This document shows, piece by piece, positions 49,613-60,700 of a stretch of 64,000 bases of DNA (within the stretch, counting starts at the first letter, position 1; each line of letters opens with the position of its first letter). Position numbers and translations under genes: made by a program. Below the pieces are notes generated by a model. It had not been told where the DNA came from. It worked only from the letters and a program-made list of their open reading frames with translations, and made no database searches. Source of the stretch: a candidate division FCPU426 bacterium (GTDB lineage Bacteria; Oederibacteriota; Muellerivitia; Muellerivitales; DAHXKG01); NCBI GenBank assembly GCA_027366525.1, contig DAHXKG010000005.1, positions 2,575 to 66,574 on the forward strand, written 5' to 3'.

Positions 49613-52357
49613 ATGAAGCGCCAAGTGATTCCATATAATAATGCTTTTAAAATCAAAAAAGCAGAGGGGCAACATGTACATGTGATTAAACTGCTTTTGT
49701 TTTTATTTTTGATTGGAAACGGTGGGTTTATTTCGTTTGCATGGGCTAATCCTCCTCAACTGAAAATTGTGGGAAATCAAATTGAAAATGCCTCTACGGG
49801 ATGTACGGTTCGGTTAAAAGGAGTGGATGTTTCAGGTTTAGAGTACAGTCCAACGGGCGATACAGGAACAGGTTATCCTACGACGGTTATCAATGGGATC
49901 ACCATGACAAACTATGTTTCCATTATTAATGAAGCAGTGAGTGTTTGGCATGCAAACTGCATTCGCTTCCCATTAAATCAGGATTTTTGGTTTGGGTGTT
50001 CCAATTCCAAGGGAACTCCTAATGAGACCGCTTATCGTGATATGGTTCAATCAGTCGTCAACTATTGTGATCAAAATAATGTTTATATTGATTTGGATTT
50101 ACATTGGTCGGGGACCTCCAATTCAACAACCGTAGTTTCACCTTGTAGTAATTTAGGAACGGATTGGGGAACAGCTACAGGTCAACAAATAATGCCCGAT
50201 GAAGATTCGGTGACTTTTTGGCAATCGGTGGCTTCAATCTATGCCAATAATCCAGCGGTCCTTTTTGATATGTATAACGAACCCTACAATGTCACTTGGG
50301 ATGTTTGGAGAAATGGAGGATCAACGGGTGGGACTCCAGGATATACACCCGGATTACAAGGATTACTCAATGCCATTCGTGGGGTAGGGGCCAACAATAT
50401 CGTTGTTGCCGGAGGATTAAATTGGGCATTTGATTTAACTCAGATTGCAAGTAGTGGTGTAAGCTGTAATGGTGGACCTTGTGGATTAACCGATACCGCA
50501 AGTGGCAATGGTGTTCTTTATTCTGCGCATTGTTATTCCAGCAAAGGATATACAGTAGGGAGTGGATGGGATCCATACGTAACCATTGCGACACCGAATA
50601 ATGCGGTGATTATTGAAGAATTTGGAGCTCAAGCGACAGATCCCACAGGTTGGGATAATGCCGCGATTAGCTGGATTGATGGCAATAACGACAAAAATTA
50701 TGTTTATTCAGCGATGGCATGGTGTTTTAGTTCCGATGTGACGCCCTCTTTGCTAACAAGCTTTGCAACGTATGCAACAACAAGTTATCATGGAGCACCC
50801 GTATCAACGTGGTTGGCAGATTTAAATGAAACTCCCACTCCCAATTGTGGAGGAGCTGTAGCGACTTCAACGCCAACAAGTACATCAACGCCTACAGCGA
50901 CATGGACGTTTACGCCGACACGAACGGCCACATGGACTAGTACTCCAACCGATACCCCGACAGCGACTCCCACTGCAACGGGGACGTTTACACCGACACG
51001 AACGGCCACATGGACGAGTACTCCAACGGATACTTCGACAGCTACTTCTACAGCGACTTCTACGGCGACTAGGACGTTTACACCGACGCAAACCGCCACA
51101 TGGACGAGTACTCCAACCAATACTTGGACAGCCACTTCCACAGCGACGGAGACGTTTACACCGACGCAAGTAGCAGTATTGACGAGTACTCCAACCGATA
51201 CTCGGACAGCTACTCCTACAGCGACTTCAACAAGTATCAATACGTTAACACCTACGGCAACTACAACAAGCCCAGGGACACCAACGGTAACGAATACCCC
51301 CAATCCAACGGTATTGTTGACCGCTACTTCAACGAGGACGGTTACTCCGGTAAGCACAGCAACATTTACCGTTACAGCCACGATGACTTATACGCCAACA
51401 CCAACGTCAACGGTAACGCCATTAAACACTCTAACAGGGACTCCAACCGCAACCCCCACTTCAACAATGACACTGACCGCAACAGCAACTCAAACGAGCA
51501 CGGTAACACCAACACCTACGTTAACCAGCACACAAGTACCGACACAAACGATGACCGTTACAAGGACGATCACGCTCACTCCTACATGGACTCCAACGAG
51601 CACCCCTACATTTTCTCAAACACCGACTGAAACATCGACGACAACCGTAACCCCAACGCCAACGGCTTTGGTCATGCTGAATCAGCAAACATCGAGTATT
51701 TCGACTTATCCCGGTGGCACCGAAACCTATACGCTGGTTTTAACGGTTGGCGCATCATCAATTCATCAGGTTCAAATAATTGATCATGTGCCGTCTCAGG
51801 CCACGGCAGTCAGCTTGGGTTCGGATACCCTATCAGCTTCAGGTCAAATTTCTGGCAATCAGATTACTTGGAATATATCGAGTTTATTACCGGGCACATA
51901 TAATGTTACATTTTCAGTTCTGATCAATACTAATACACTGAACGACAGTCCCGTGATTAATAATGCTGGAGTAACCTACGCGGGTATGAGTCAAGGGCTC
52001 CAATCGTCAGTGACCGTTATTTCATTTGATTTAACGCCGACCCCAACACCCACTTCGAGCTTAAGTTTGATCAATCAGGCTTCTGATTCGTATCCTAATC
52101 CAACCGAATTAGGACTCGGAGTCAAGATTCAAATTCAAATCAATGCTCCTTCGGTAGTTCAATATGCCGTATTTACGACCGATTATCGTGTTATTTTTGC
52201 ATCATCCGTAGTCATGGATTCTTCAAGAGTGATTCAATGGGATCTCAGAGATGAAGAAGGACAACCCGTATCAAATGGACTTTACTATGTCCGGATTATT
52301 ATTGAGAATGCATCGGGAAAATATCAGAAAATCGATAAAGTTATTGTTTTAAATTAG
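49613..52357 (+). CDS. secreted GH5-family glycoside hydrolase (cellulase-like) + long TPT/TST linker + DUF11-like + C-terminal sorting-type domain
   Basis: 914 aa. Signal peptide. GH5 hallmarks NCIRFPL, DLHW, acid/base in MYNEPYN, nucleophile in IIEEFGA. ~280-aa T/P/S linker. C-terminal [15 protein letters not shown] domain. Confidence 0.7.
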   Translation: MKRQVIPYNNAFKIKKAEGQHVHVIKLLLFLFLIGNGGFISFAWANPPQLKIVGNQIENASTGCTVRLKGVDVSGLEYSPTGDTGTGYPTTVINGITMTNYVSIINEAVSVWHANCIRFPLNQDFWFGCSNSKGTPNETAYRDMVQSVVNYCDQNNVYIDLDLHWSGTSNSTTVVSPCSNLGTDWGTATGQQIMPDEDSVTFWQSVASIYANNPAVLFDMYNEPYNVTWDVWRNGGSTGGTPGYTPGLQGLLNAIRGVGANNIVVAGGLNWAFDLTQIASSGVSCNGGPCGLTDTASGNGVLYSAHCYSSKGYTVGSGWDPYVTIATPNNAVIIEEFGAQATDPTGWDNAAISWIDGNNDKNYVYSAMAWCFSSDVTPSLLTSFATYATTSYHGAPVSTWLADLNETPTPNCGGAVATSTPTSTSTPTATWTFTPTRTATWTSTPTDTPTATPTATGTFTPTRTATWTSTPTDTSTATSTATSTATRTFTPTQTATWTSTPTNTWTATSTATETFTPTQVAVLTSTPTDTRTATPTATSTSINTLTPTATTTSPGTPTVTNTPNPTVLLTATSTRTVTPVSTATFTVTATMTYTPTPTSTVTPLNTLTGTPTATPTSTMTLTATATQTSTVTPTPTLTSTQVPTQTMTVTRTITLTPTWTPTSTPTFSQTPTETSTTTVTPTPTALVMLNQQTSSISTYPGGTETYTLVLTVGASSIHQVQIIDHVPSQATAVSLGSDTLSASGQISGNQITWNISSLLPGTYNVTFSVLINTNTLNDSPVINNAGVTYAGMSQGLQSSVTVISFDLTPTPTPTSSLSLINQASDSYPNPTELGLGVKIQIQINAPSVVQYAVFTTDYRVIFASSVVMDSSRVIQWDLRDEEGQPVSNGLYYVRIIIENASGKYQKIDKVIVLN
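50831..51670. repeat. Thr/Pro/Ser-codon tandem repeat (linker-coding)
   Basis: Reiterated ACN CCN ACN units. Spurious ORFs 50788-51381(-), 50885-51169(-), 51100-51630(+). Confidence 0.85.
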
Positions 52358-52557
52358 TAAAATTCAATAAAATTATGACGTAAATGATTTAAAATATTTT
52401 TTAAAAATGAATAAGCTGAAATCTTAATTGCTGAGTATAATCAATCGACTAAAAAAAAATCAAAAAAAAATACTTTGAAAATTGATTTTTTTAAAAAAAA
52501 TGTATATATTTCAACTCTGTAGTTTAAATATTAGGATGAGAGCGTGGAAATACAATT

Positions 52558-53502
52558 ATGATCGAAGTTAAAGAACTAGTCAAAAATTACGGGCTAATTT
52601 CTGCGGTCGATAAAATAACTTTTTCGGTTAAAAAGGGAACTATTCTTGGGTTGCTTGGTCCCAATGGAGCGGGTAAAACAACGACGATGAGAATTCTAAC
52701 TACGGCGCTCCCTCCAACCGGAGGCAAAGCCATTGTGGCTGGATTTGACGTTGTGGATCAGTCCCTAGAGGTTCGTAAAAAAATTGGATATCTTCCAGAA
52801 ATACCTCCTATTTATTTTGAGATGACGTTAATGTCCTATCTTTCTTTTGTGGCCGATATCAAAGAAATTCCTTTATCTAAAAAAGTGAATCGAATTGGAG
52901 AAGTTTTGGAAATGTTAGCTCTGACGGATATGTCCAGACGATTGATCGGACATTTTTCATTAGGCTATCGTCAGCGGGTAGGATTGGCACAAGCATTATT
53001 GCACGACCCGGATATTTTAATTTTGGATGAGCCAACAAGGGGTCTTGATCCTAAACAAATTCTTGAGATCCGGAAATTAATTAAATCCTTGAGTGGGCAG
53101 AAAACAATTATCCTTTCTACTCATATTTTAGCTGAAGTTTCTTCAACCTGTGATGAGGTCGTGATTATTGATCAAGGGAGACTGGTGGTAGCGGATAGTG
53201 TGGAACATTTATCTCAACGATTGGCTGGTGGAAAAACCATTGAAATAGAAATAAAGGCTTCCTTTAATGAGATTGAAACCATATTTAAAAAAATTGATGG
53301 TGTTTTATCTGTAAAATCGATGGGGAAAGAAGCGCATGGCGTTTCAAAGCTAGAAGTAACAACGAATGGGGAAATTGAAGTGAGAGAAGAGCTGTTTCAA
53401 TCGATTGTTAAAAATAAATGGATGTTGCATCAATTAACTCCTGTAGGTGCCAGCTTGGAAGAGGTCTTCTTGAAGTTAACTACCAAGGAGGGGAAAGAAT
53501 GA
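52558..53502 (+). CDS. ABC transporter ATP-binding protein (GldA-like)
   Basis: 314 aa. Walker A GPNGAGKTTTMRIL, signature LSGGYRQRV variant (SLGYRQRVGLAQAL), Walker B ILILDEPT. Confidence 0.85.
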   Translation: MIEVKELVKNYGLISAVDKITFSVKKGTILGLLGPNGAGKTTTMRILTTALPPTGGKAIVAGFDVVDQSLEVRKKIGYLPEIPPIYFEMTLMSYLSFVADIKEIPLSKKVNRIGEVLEMLALTDMSRRLIGHFSLGYRQRVGLAQALLHDPDILILDEPTRGLDPKQILEIRKLIKSLSGQKTIILSTHILAEVSSTCDEVVIIDQGRLVVADSVEHLSQRLAGGKTIEIEIKASFNEIETIFKKIDGVLSVKSMGKEAHGVSKLEVTTNGEIEVREELFQSIVKNKWMLHQLTPVGASLEEVFLKLTTKEGKE

Positions 53503-54212
53503 GCTGGAGAAAAGTTTCTGCAATCGCCAAAAAGGATCTGACACATTATTTTTCATCACCCATGGGCTATGTGGTTTTAGCTGTTTTTTTTCTAGTCACG
53601 GGATTTTTTTTCTATTTGATTGCAGGCAAGGCTAGAATGGCCAGCATGACACCTGTATTTCAAAATGCAATCATTTTGCTTTTGTTTTTAACGCCTATGA
53701 TTACCATGCGACTTTGGTCTGAAGAAGAAAAATCAGGGACCGCTGAGCTTTTGAAAACTTCGCCGATCTCAACATGGGAAGTTGTACTTGGAAAATACTT
53801 GGCCGTTTGTGCTTTTGGAGGGGTTATGCTTTCCGTCACGTTGGTTTATTTGTTGATTATGGTTGAGTACGGAAATCCAGATATGGGGCCAGTTTTAACG
53901 TGCTATATCGGTTTTATTTTAGGAGTCATGGCTTATTTTTCTTTAGGATTACTGGCATCGACATTTAGTGAAAATCAAATTATTTCTGCAGTCATTGCTT
54001 ACGGCCTTTTATTGATGTTATGGGTCATTGGAGCTGCGGGCAATAATGCCAATGGACCAATTGCTAAATTACTTAAGTATCTTTCTTTTTTTAGTCATAC
54101 ATCCGATTTTTTCAATGGAGTGATCAATTCAACGCATATTGTTTATTTCGTGAGTCTGATTGTTGCAGGATTGTTTTTTTCAGTTAAAGTCTTAGAAAGC
54201 AAGCGGAGTTAA
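53499..54212 (+). CDS. ABC-2 family permease (GldF-like)
   Basis: Start at ATG 53499 (ATGA overlap with upstream stop). 6 TM segments. Typical ABC-2 N-terminus KKDLTHYFSSPMGYVVLAVFF. Confidence 0.75.
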   Translation: MSWRKVSAIAKKDLTHYFSSPMGYVVLAVFFLVTGFFFYLIAGKARMASMTPVFQNAIILLLFLTPMITMRLWSEEEKSGTAELLKTSPISTWEVVLGKYLAVCAFGGVMLSVTLVYLLIMVEYGNPDMGPVLTCYIGFILGVMAYFSLGLLASTFSENQIISAVIAYGLLLMLWVIGAAGNNANGPIAKLLKYLSFFSHTSDFFNGVINSTHIVYFVSLIVAGLFFSVKVLESKRS

Positions 54213-54214
54213 AT

Positions 54215-55828
54215 GTGAAAAAAAATTCTTTCTTATTACAGCTTCGGCAATACAATGTTGTTTGGCTCATTGGAAGCTTAGTATTGATGCTTGGTGGAAT
54301 TTTTTTAATTTTAATTTTCAACCAAACGTGGTGGAATACAATTTGTTTTAGCTTAGGAGTCTTAGGGTTAATTATATTTTTAATGATTAACCTCACCCAA
54401 GTCAAGGAAACTGGCAAACAGCGGACGACGTTGGCTCGGGCGAATTTAACGCTTGTGGCAATTGCCTTCTTGGCCATTTTATGTGCGGTTAATTATATAG
54501 CCGCTCGTCATCCAATTCGTGCTGATTTAACAGCCGATAAATTGTATACGCTTTCCAATGAAACCTTAAGGGTCCTCAAAAAATTGAAGGGACCAGTAAT
54601 TATCAGTTTTTTTGGTACCAGTAATCCCAATCATAATCCTCCGCAAGTAGCTCAAGCGAAACAGCTTTTACGTGAATATCAAGAAGCATCTAATAAAATT
54701 CATCTCGATATTATTAATGTGGATAAAAATCCATCAATGGCTCAAGAATACGGCGTAACGCAATACAATACTGTGGTTTTTGAAAGCGGGGGACATCGGC
54801 AAACCGTTCAAGAAGCGAATTATTTAACATATGCTTTCGACGGTGGTCGTCCCACTCCACAATTTAGTGGTGAAAGTGCATTTACAACGGCCTTGTTTAA
54901 ATTGGAAAATACCAAAGTAAAAACAATTTATTTTACAATTGGACATGGCGAAGAGGACATTATGAGTCCCGAGCCCAACGGCATGAATGCATTTCGTCAA
55001 GATTTACAAAATGAAAATTATGTTGTAAAAACCATTAATTTGCTAACGCAAAGCAAGATCCCTCAAAATGCGGCGGCGATTTTTATTGCCGGTCCCAGGA
55101 AGCCATTTCAATTTTCAGAGATCCAATTATTGCAAAATTATTTGAAGCAGGGCGGAAAATTAATTTTATGCTTGGCTCCCCTGGTTCCCACAGCTGATTT
55201 TGAACCCATCCTTCGGGATTTTGGAATTAAATATGGCAATAATGTTGTTGAAGATCCAACACGATTTGCTTACCCAGATATTCGGTCGATTATTCCTCAA
55301 TATGAATACTCAAAAATTGTTAATAAGCTTTCAAATGGAAATATTTTTTCCATTTTACCTTTCACTCGGAGTGTCCAAACAGTGAAAGCCGCATGGCCAG
55401 GAGTGGTTCAAACTGTGTTTTTAGAGTCGACGATTCACGGCTGGGGTGATTCAACGCCAACCCATCCTACGGCAACATTCAGACCGGGGATTGATTTGAA
55501 GGGCCCGGTGCCAGTTGCGGTTTCTTGTAATTGGACGTCTCCTAAAAACGCGAAGATCAAAAGTCGTGTTGTTTTTTATGGTGGTTCTGATTTTTTAACG
55601 AATCAACTGTCACAGGCTCCCGGGAATTTGAATTTAGCGATGAATACAGTTGATTGGGTAACGTTAAATCAAAGCAATATTTCGATTCGACCTAAAACCG
55701 AACAACCTCGAATGATGATGTTATCGAATCACGCCGAAAATGTTATTTATTATCTTTCAGTTTGGATTTTACCATTGTTGGTTTTGGCGTTCGGTGGTTG
55801 GGTATGGTATAAACGCAGGGCCATATGA
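54215..55828 (+). CDS. GldG-like ABC-transporter auxiliary protein
   Basis: 537 aa. N- and C-terminal TM helices flanking a large periplasmic domain. AARHPIRADLTADKLYTLSNETLRVLKKLKGPVIISFF matches GldG-family N-terminal region. GTG start. Confidence 0.7.
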   Translation: MKKNSFLLQLRQYNVVWLIGSLVLMLGGIFLILIFNQTWWNTICFSLGVLGLIIFLMINLTQVKETGKQRTTLARANLTLVAIAFLAILCAVNYIAARHPIRADLTADKLYTLSNETLRVLKKLKGPVIISFFGTSNPNHNPPQVAQAKQLLREYQEASNKIHLDIINVDKNPSMAQEYGVTQYNTVVFESGGHRQTVQEANYLTYAFDGGRPTPQFSGESAFTTALFKLENTKVKTIYFTIGHGEEDIMSPEPNGMNAFRQDLQNENYVVKTINLLTQSKIPQNAAAIFIAGPRKPFQFSEIQLLQNYLKQGGKLILCLAPLVPTADFEPILRDFGIKYGNNVVEDPTRFAYPDIRSIIPQYEYSKIVNKLSNGNIFSILPFTRSVQTVKAAWPGVVQTVFLESTIHGWGDSTPTHPTATFRPGIDLKGPVPVAVSCNWTSPKNAKIKSRVVFYGGSDFLTNQLSQAPGNLNLAMNTVDWVTLNQSNISIRPKTEQPRMMMLSNHAENVIYYLSVWILPLLVLAFGGWVWYKRRAI

Positions 55829-57207
55829 AAAATTTTCGGTCAGCCTTCATCTATATAATTATTGCGTTGGTTTTAGGAGGTTATATTTATTTTTTTGAGC
55901 AAGGTCCTACGGCGCAACAAAAAAGCAAGACATATAAAATTTTTCATTTTGTGGCCGCTCAGGTGAATGGTCTAACCATCCAGCAGTTCCACCAGAAAAA
56001 GAAAATCAATAATCTTCCAATTGAAATTACGGAAGTGCCGCCGGATCACTGGAAAATTATATCACCACGCAAACACAATGCTGATACGATAACGGTTCGT
56101 TCCATTTTAGGCCAATTGGGAAGTATGCATCCGGACCTGAAAATTAAATTGATTAACCCCGCTTTGTTGGTGGAGGCAGGATTAAACTCTCCGACTGCCC
56201 GAATTAGCTATCACTTGGTCAATGGAACCACTCAGGTTTTAACGATTGGGAATAAAAGTATTTCAGGATCGGATTACTATGTTGAAACCTCCGCCCAGAA
56301 AAAATTTATCTATTTAATGCCGACTTTTGTGATTCAAGATTCACTAAAAACCTTGAATAAACTTCGCAACCGTCATCTGATTAAGACCGATGCAGCATCT
56401 GCACGAAAATTTTTATTGGTTTATGCACATCGACGCATTTTGATTTCCAAAAATCCCCAATTGCGTTCATGGGAAATTCTTGAACCGCATGAGTATCAGG
56501 CCGATGCGTCGAGTGTGAAAAGTATGTTGGATCAAGTGAATTTGCTTCGTGCCATCAGTATTGTCGCCGGTCATCCTGCCAATTTAGCAAGCTATGGCTT
56601 CAATCATCCCAAGGTTGAGTTTACCGTTTGGCCGTTACAGGGCAATGTAACGCAAGAAATTTTGATTGGAAGCAAAGTAAAAGGTGGAACAGATTATTAT
56701 GCCAAGTTAAAGCATAAAAAAGCGGTCTATTTAATATCAAATTACTTTGTGAATGTTGTTTTGAACAAGACAGTTGATCATTTTCGAAATAAAAATATGA
56801 TGCAATTCAACAGTGCCGATGCCCTTCGACTGACGATTCATTATCATCATAAAATTTTTGTTTATTCCAAAAATAAAAAAGGAAACTGGATTTGTATTCC
56901 CGGCCGTCCGAATTCAAATGAAGAAGCGGTGGCCCTGATTAGTGAGTTGTCCCAAACAACGGTAACGGGGTTTCCTGTTGTTTCAAAAGCAAGTTCGGAT
57001 TTGGTACATCCACCGATGGTGGCTGATGTGACTTTGATTGGGAATACCATGCGCAATTTTGAATTTGGAAAGGTCGTCGCCAATAATGTATATACGACTT
57101 CGTATGCGTTGAAACGGATATATTTGGTTTCAAATCGTCCCGTGAATTTGATGAACAGCTACTTTAAAACTCCTGTACCGACGCCTACGGTGCCTCCTAA
57201 AAAATAA
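55825..57207 (+). CDS. DUF4340 domain protein (commonly encoded after gldG-like genes)
   Basis: 460 aa. N-terminal TM helix then periplasmic domain. ATGA overlap with upstream gene. Confidence 0.55.
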   Translation: MKNFRSAFIYIIIALVLGGYIYFFEQGPTAQQKSKTYKIFHFVAAQVNGLTIQQFHQKKKINNLPIEITEVPPDHWKIISPRKHNADTITVRSILGQLGSMHPDLKIKLINPALLVEAGLNSPTARISYHLVNGTTQVLTIGNKSISGSDYYVETSAQKKFIYLMPTFVIQDSLKTLNKLRNRHLIKTDAASARKFLLVYAHRRILISKNPQLRSWEILEPHEYQADASSVKSMLDQVNLLRAISIVAGHPANLASYGFNHPKVEFTVWPLQGNVTQEILIGSKVKGGTDYYAKLKHKKAVYLISNYFVNVVLNKTVDHFRNKNMMQFNSADALRLTIHYHHKIFVYSKNKKGNWICIPGRPNSNEEAVALISELSQTTVTGFPVVSKASSDLVHPPMVADVTLIGNTMRNFEFGKVVANNVYTTSYALKRIYLVSNRPVNLMNSYFKTPVPTPTVPPKK

Positions 57208-57264
57208 ATTCACTCATTTCTGTTCGATATGTTACATGGGTTAATATTCTGATATGGAAATTAG

Positions 57265-58068
57265 GTGAACATCATGTCTGATTCCAAAGAAACCTCCGCT
57301 TCATCCGATCATGTGCCGGTGGCATCTTTTTCGGAGCATCTCATGGAGCTTCGAAAGGGATTAATTCGAAGCTTATTAGCTTGTTTAGTAGGATGGATTA
57401 TTGCCTATTGGAAATCGGCCGATTTTTTTAAAGTTTTAATTCATCCGGTTCAACAAGCGTATGCTTATTTTCCTCAATTTAGCTCCCAACATGTTTTTTT
57501 GCAAACATTAGAACCTATTGAGGTTTTCATGATTAATTTGCGATTGATTTTTTTAGTTGGGATTCTTCTTGCTTCTCCGGTTTGGATTCGGGAAATATGG
57601 GTGTTTGCTTCTCCTGGTTTGAAATCCCATGAACGGGGTGTTGTATTTTGGATTTTTACAGCGGGAATGTTTTTTTTCCTTTTGGGAGCCAGTGGAGCTT
57701 ATTTTTTTATTATTCCGGTCGCACTGCGATTTTTAATTCAATATAACATTGGGTATCATTTACTGCCACGATGGAGTTTGGGGAAATATTTTGATTTCTT
57801 AATTTCATTTCTCTTGGCGTTTGGATGCGTATGCGAGCTTCCGCTTATTATGGCGGCACTTTCATTTTTTGGGTTAGTGCCTCCCACGTTTTATTCTTCC
57901 AAACGCAAGATTGCAATTTTAGGCATTTTTATTTTAGCTGCTTTTTTAACGCCAACCGGCGATCCAGTCACCCAAACCATTCTTGCAATTCCTCTTTTGA
58001 TTTTGTTTGAGTTGGGCATTCAGTTATCTTTTTTGGCATTTCGACATCGCAAAACGATGGTCGGGTAG
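57265..58068 (+). CDS. tatC: twin-arginine translocase subunit TatC
   Basis: 267 aa. 6 TM. HLMELRKGLIRSLLACLVGWIIAY and FLTPTGDPVTQTILAIP TatC motifs. Confidence 0.85.
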   Translation: MNIMSDSKETSASSDHVPVASFSEHLMELRKGLIRSLLACLVGWIIAYWKSADFFKVLIHPVQQAYAYFPQFSSQHVFLQTLEPIEVFMINLRLIFLVGILLASPVWIREIWVFASPGLKSHERGVVFWIFTAGMFFFLLGASGAYFFIIPVALRFLIQYNIGYHLLPRWSLGKYFDFLISFLLAFGCVCELPLIMAALSFFGLVPPTFYSSKRKIAILGIFILAAFLTPTGDPVTQTILAIPLLILFELGIQLSFLAFRHRKTMVG

Positions 58069-58069
58069 G

Positions 58070-58852
58070 TCAAGTTCCAGTACTCTGATAATTTTTTAAT
58101 CCCCAAGTCCATAATTGTTTTGCAATCCATATCGAAAGAGCCGCAAAAACGGGAGCGATCCAAGCTCCAAAGAGTCCAAAGAGTTTGTGGAAGATAAAAT
58201 TACCTGGTAAAAAATTAAATGCTCCAAATGGAATGAGGAATAACAGTAAATATTTCAACCAATTGGGATAAATACTAAGCGGATAACGACTTGCTTGTAA
58301 TAAGCTATGAACAAAGTTTAAATTATAGGTATAGGGACCAATAAACTTGAACGAGAGGCTGCAAATACAAACAAGCATTGAGGTGTAAATGATAGTTCCA
58401 CAAAAACTCCACAGTGGCACCATCATCCAGATATACCACGGTTCATGAAAATGGGATAGGCAATAAATGAGGAGCACCATTCCCGTTAAAAGATTGCCGA
58501 ATGAATGGAGGACCGGGCTAGAGATTAATAAAAATGGCAACGGGGGCGTAGGGTAGATGAGTAAACGATCTAAATCACCCATGACGATATAGTAGGGTAA
58601 CATCCAAATGTGATTAAATAAGAGTTCCGCAGTGCCAAGCGCAGTTGCTGAAATGCCAAAGAGGAACAACACTTCTTTTCCAGTCCATCCACCTAATAAC
58701 GGCGATTGATGAATCACGACCCAAAGCAAGCCTAAGGCGGCTAATTGCAGCATAATGGAGGTAATCATGCCGATAAGAAAATCTAGCTTATATTCCATCT
58801 TAGCTTGTAAGGATGATTTAAAAACACTCCAGTAAATTTTCAGTTCATTCAT
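58070..58852 (-). CDS. ABC-2 family transporter permease
   Basis: 260 aa polytopic membrane protein immediately downstream of a second permease and ATPase on the minus strand. Confidence 0.6.
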   Translation of the reverse strand: MNELKIYWSVFKSSLQAKMEYKLDFLIGMITSIMLQLAALGLLWVVIHQSPLLGGWTGKEVLFLFGISATALGTAELLFNHIWMLPYYIVMGDLDRLLIYPTPPLPFLLISSPVLHSFGNLLTGMVLLIYCLSHFHEPWYIWMMVPLWSFCGTIIYTSMLVCICSLSFKFIGPYTYNLNFVHSLLQASRYPLSIYPNWLKYLLLFLIPFGAFNFLPGNFIFHKLFGLFGAWIAPVFAALSIWIAKQLWTWGLKNYQSTGT

Positions 58853-58854
58853 AG

Positions 58855-59688
58855 TTATCCACCCTGAATTTCAATCGATCGAAGAGTCCATTTGAACACC
58901 CAGTAACCGAGTAGATACATTCCAAGAGCCCAAAGCATTTGGTGGACTAGTGCGGCTATAAGCGCAAGTCCATGATATTTCCCCATATAAATCGAGATGG
59001 GAACATAAATGATATTTTGAAATGGAAGCCATTCACCAATGTGCCGCAGAATTAAAGGATAAAGCGTCAAAGGGGCGGAAATACCTGAAAAAGTTAAATG
59101 AAGCGAAAGTCTGGAAGCACTAATTCCATAACTGCTATTCGTGTAGAAAATGCCCTGAATGAATAAAAATAAAACGGAAAATTGAATAATAAAAGCTAAA
59201 AAAACACTGACGAGAAAGGCCAAAAAGTCTTCCACACTTGCAGGGAATAGATTTCCTTTCAAAAGTAACACGGCAACGATAAAGACGCCTAAACTTAAAA
59301 AAAAATTAAAAAATGCGTCGCTAAGTGCTTGCATCATTTGTAAAAATTGAAAATCCAGTGGTTTTAAAAGGTCAGTGGCAATTAATCCAAGACGAATGCG
59401 TTGACCAATTCGAATATCAATATTAGTTGTGAGCGCGAAGTTTAAGCAAAAGGCAAGTGGAAGATAAACAAACATTGCGGTTCGTGAAATCGTAAGCCGT
59501 GGAGAGGGATGCGCATAAACATATCTCCAAATTAAAATAGTAAAACAATAACTGATAATGGAGGTGAGAAGTGCTAAAAATGCAGAAGAACGATAGGTGA
59601 AATTAGCCTGTAAAGCCCGATAAAGGAAGGAACAGTATCCCTTGAATCGATCCATCGGGGTCAGTGTTTGAAACACAGAATCACGCAT
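58855..59688 (-). CDS. ABC-2 family transporter permease (start placed at Met26 of track ORF)
   Basis: ATG at 59688 gives an ATGCGTGA overlap with the ATPase stop (59681). Longer in-frame extension to 59763 is less likely. 6 TM. Confidence 0.55.
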   Translation of the reverse strand: MRDSVFQTLTPMDRFKGYCSFLYRALQANFTYRSSAFLALLTSIISYCFTILIWRYVYAHPSPRLTISRTAMFVYLPLAFCLNFALTTNIDIRIGQRIRLGLIATDLLKPLDFQFLQMMQALSDAFFNFFLSLGVFIVAVLLLKGNLFPASVEDFLAFLVSVFLAFIIQFSVLFLFIQGIFYTNSSYGISASRLSLHLTFSGISAPLTLYPLILRHIGEWLPFQNIIYVPISIYMGKYHGLALIAALVHQMLWALGMYLLGYWVFKWTLRSIEIQGG

Positions 59689-60700
59689 GGGGAATTTCTT
59701 TTTTCTTGTAAATTTGTGTGACAAGATTTTCAATATCCGGTTTTTCGAGGCTGAGGTCAACAACCGGTAATTTTTTTAAAAGCAGCTTAGTCAGTTCCGG
59801 AGTGCATTTAGCACTGAGATATTCAAAAACAAGCCGTTTCCCTTCGATTTCTAATAATTGGGCATTTAATTTTGCCAAGGCGGGTTTTAATTGTTGAATT
59901 TTGGCTGGAGCAGTCGGAGCTTTGGTTTCAATAATAATTCTTTTCTTTTGAGCAAATTGATTTTCAAACTGTTTCAGGGATCCATCAAAGAGCAGTGTTC
60001 CATGATCGAGTACAATTAAACGTTTACAAATTTGAGTAATATCTTTGAGATCATGGGTCGTAATAATTAAGGTCGAATTGAATTTTTTATTAATCTCTTG
60101 AATAAATTCCCGAACTTGTTCTTTGATGGAAACATCAAGACCAATGGTGGGTTCATCTAAAAATGCAATAGAGGGAGCATGCAGCAGTGCCGCAGCTAAA
60201 TCACACCGCATACGCTGTCCTAACGAAAGAAGACGAACGGGAGTACTGAGCAAAGGTTCCAGATGTAACCGATGAAGCGCTTCATGAAGGACATAGTTAA
60301 AAGTCGAATCGGGAATACGATACATTGTTTTTAAAAGTTGAAAGGTTTCTCGAACGGGAATGTCCCATAACAATTGAGGACGTTGTCCAAAAACAACCCC
60401 AATGTTCAAAGCTAACTGTTGTCGCTCTTTCCAGGGAATCCTTCCAAGAACATTAATTTTTCCACTTTGAGGGACTAAAATGCCAGTCAGCATTTTCAAT
60501 GTGGTTGATTTACCTGCTCCATTTTCGCCAATTAACCCTACGCGTTCTCCAGAGTTTATTTTAAAAGAGATATCTTTCACAGCGAAAACTTCGTTGGATT
60601 GACTAGAAACGAATGCAAGCAGCGATCCCCACAGCCCTGGTTTTTTGATACGAATTTTGTAAGTTTTACATAAATGGTCAACATCAATTGCGGGGTTCAT
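59681..60700 (-). CDS. ABC transporter ATP-binding protein
   Basis: 339 aa. Walker A GENGAGKSTTLKML, LSLGQRMRCDLAAAL signature, Walker B IAFLDEPT. Confidence 0.85.
   Translation of the reverse strand: MNPAIDVDHLCKTYKIRIKKPGLWGSLLAFVSSQSNEVFAVKDISFKINSGERVGLIGENGAGKSTTLKMLTGILVPQSGKINVLGRIPWKERQQLALNIGVVFGQRPQLLWDIPVRETFQLLKTMYRIPDSTFNYVLHEALHRLHLEPLLSTPVRLLSLGQRMRCDLAAALLHAPSIAFLDEPTIGLDVSIKEQVREFIQEINKKFNSTLIITTHDLKDITQICKRLIVLDHGTLLFDGSLKQFENQFAQKKRIIIETKAPTAPAKIQQLKPALAKLNAQLLEIEGKRLVFEYLSAKCTPELTKLLLKKLPVVDLSLEKPDIENLVTQIYKKKEIPHA

Noticed and set aside
38075-51670. Short-period tandem repeats that might be mistaken for CRISPR arrays or VNTR loci
   Set aside because: All lie inside intact long ORFs and encode Thr/Pro linkers. 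Units are 6-24 nt with no spacer/repeat alternation. No cas genes in the window.
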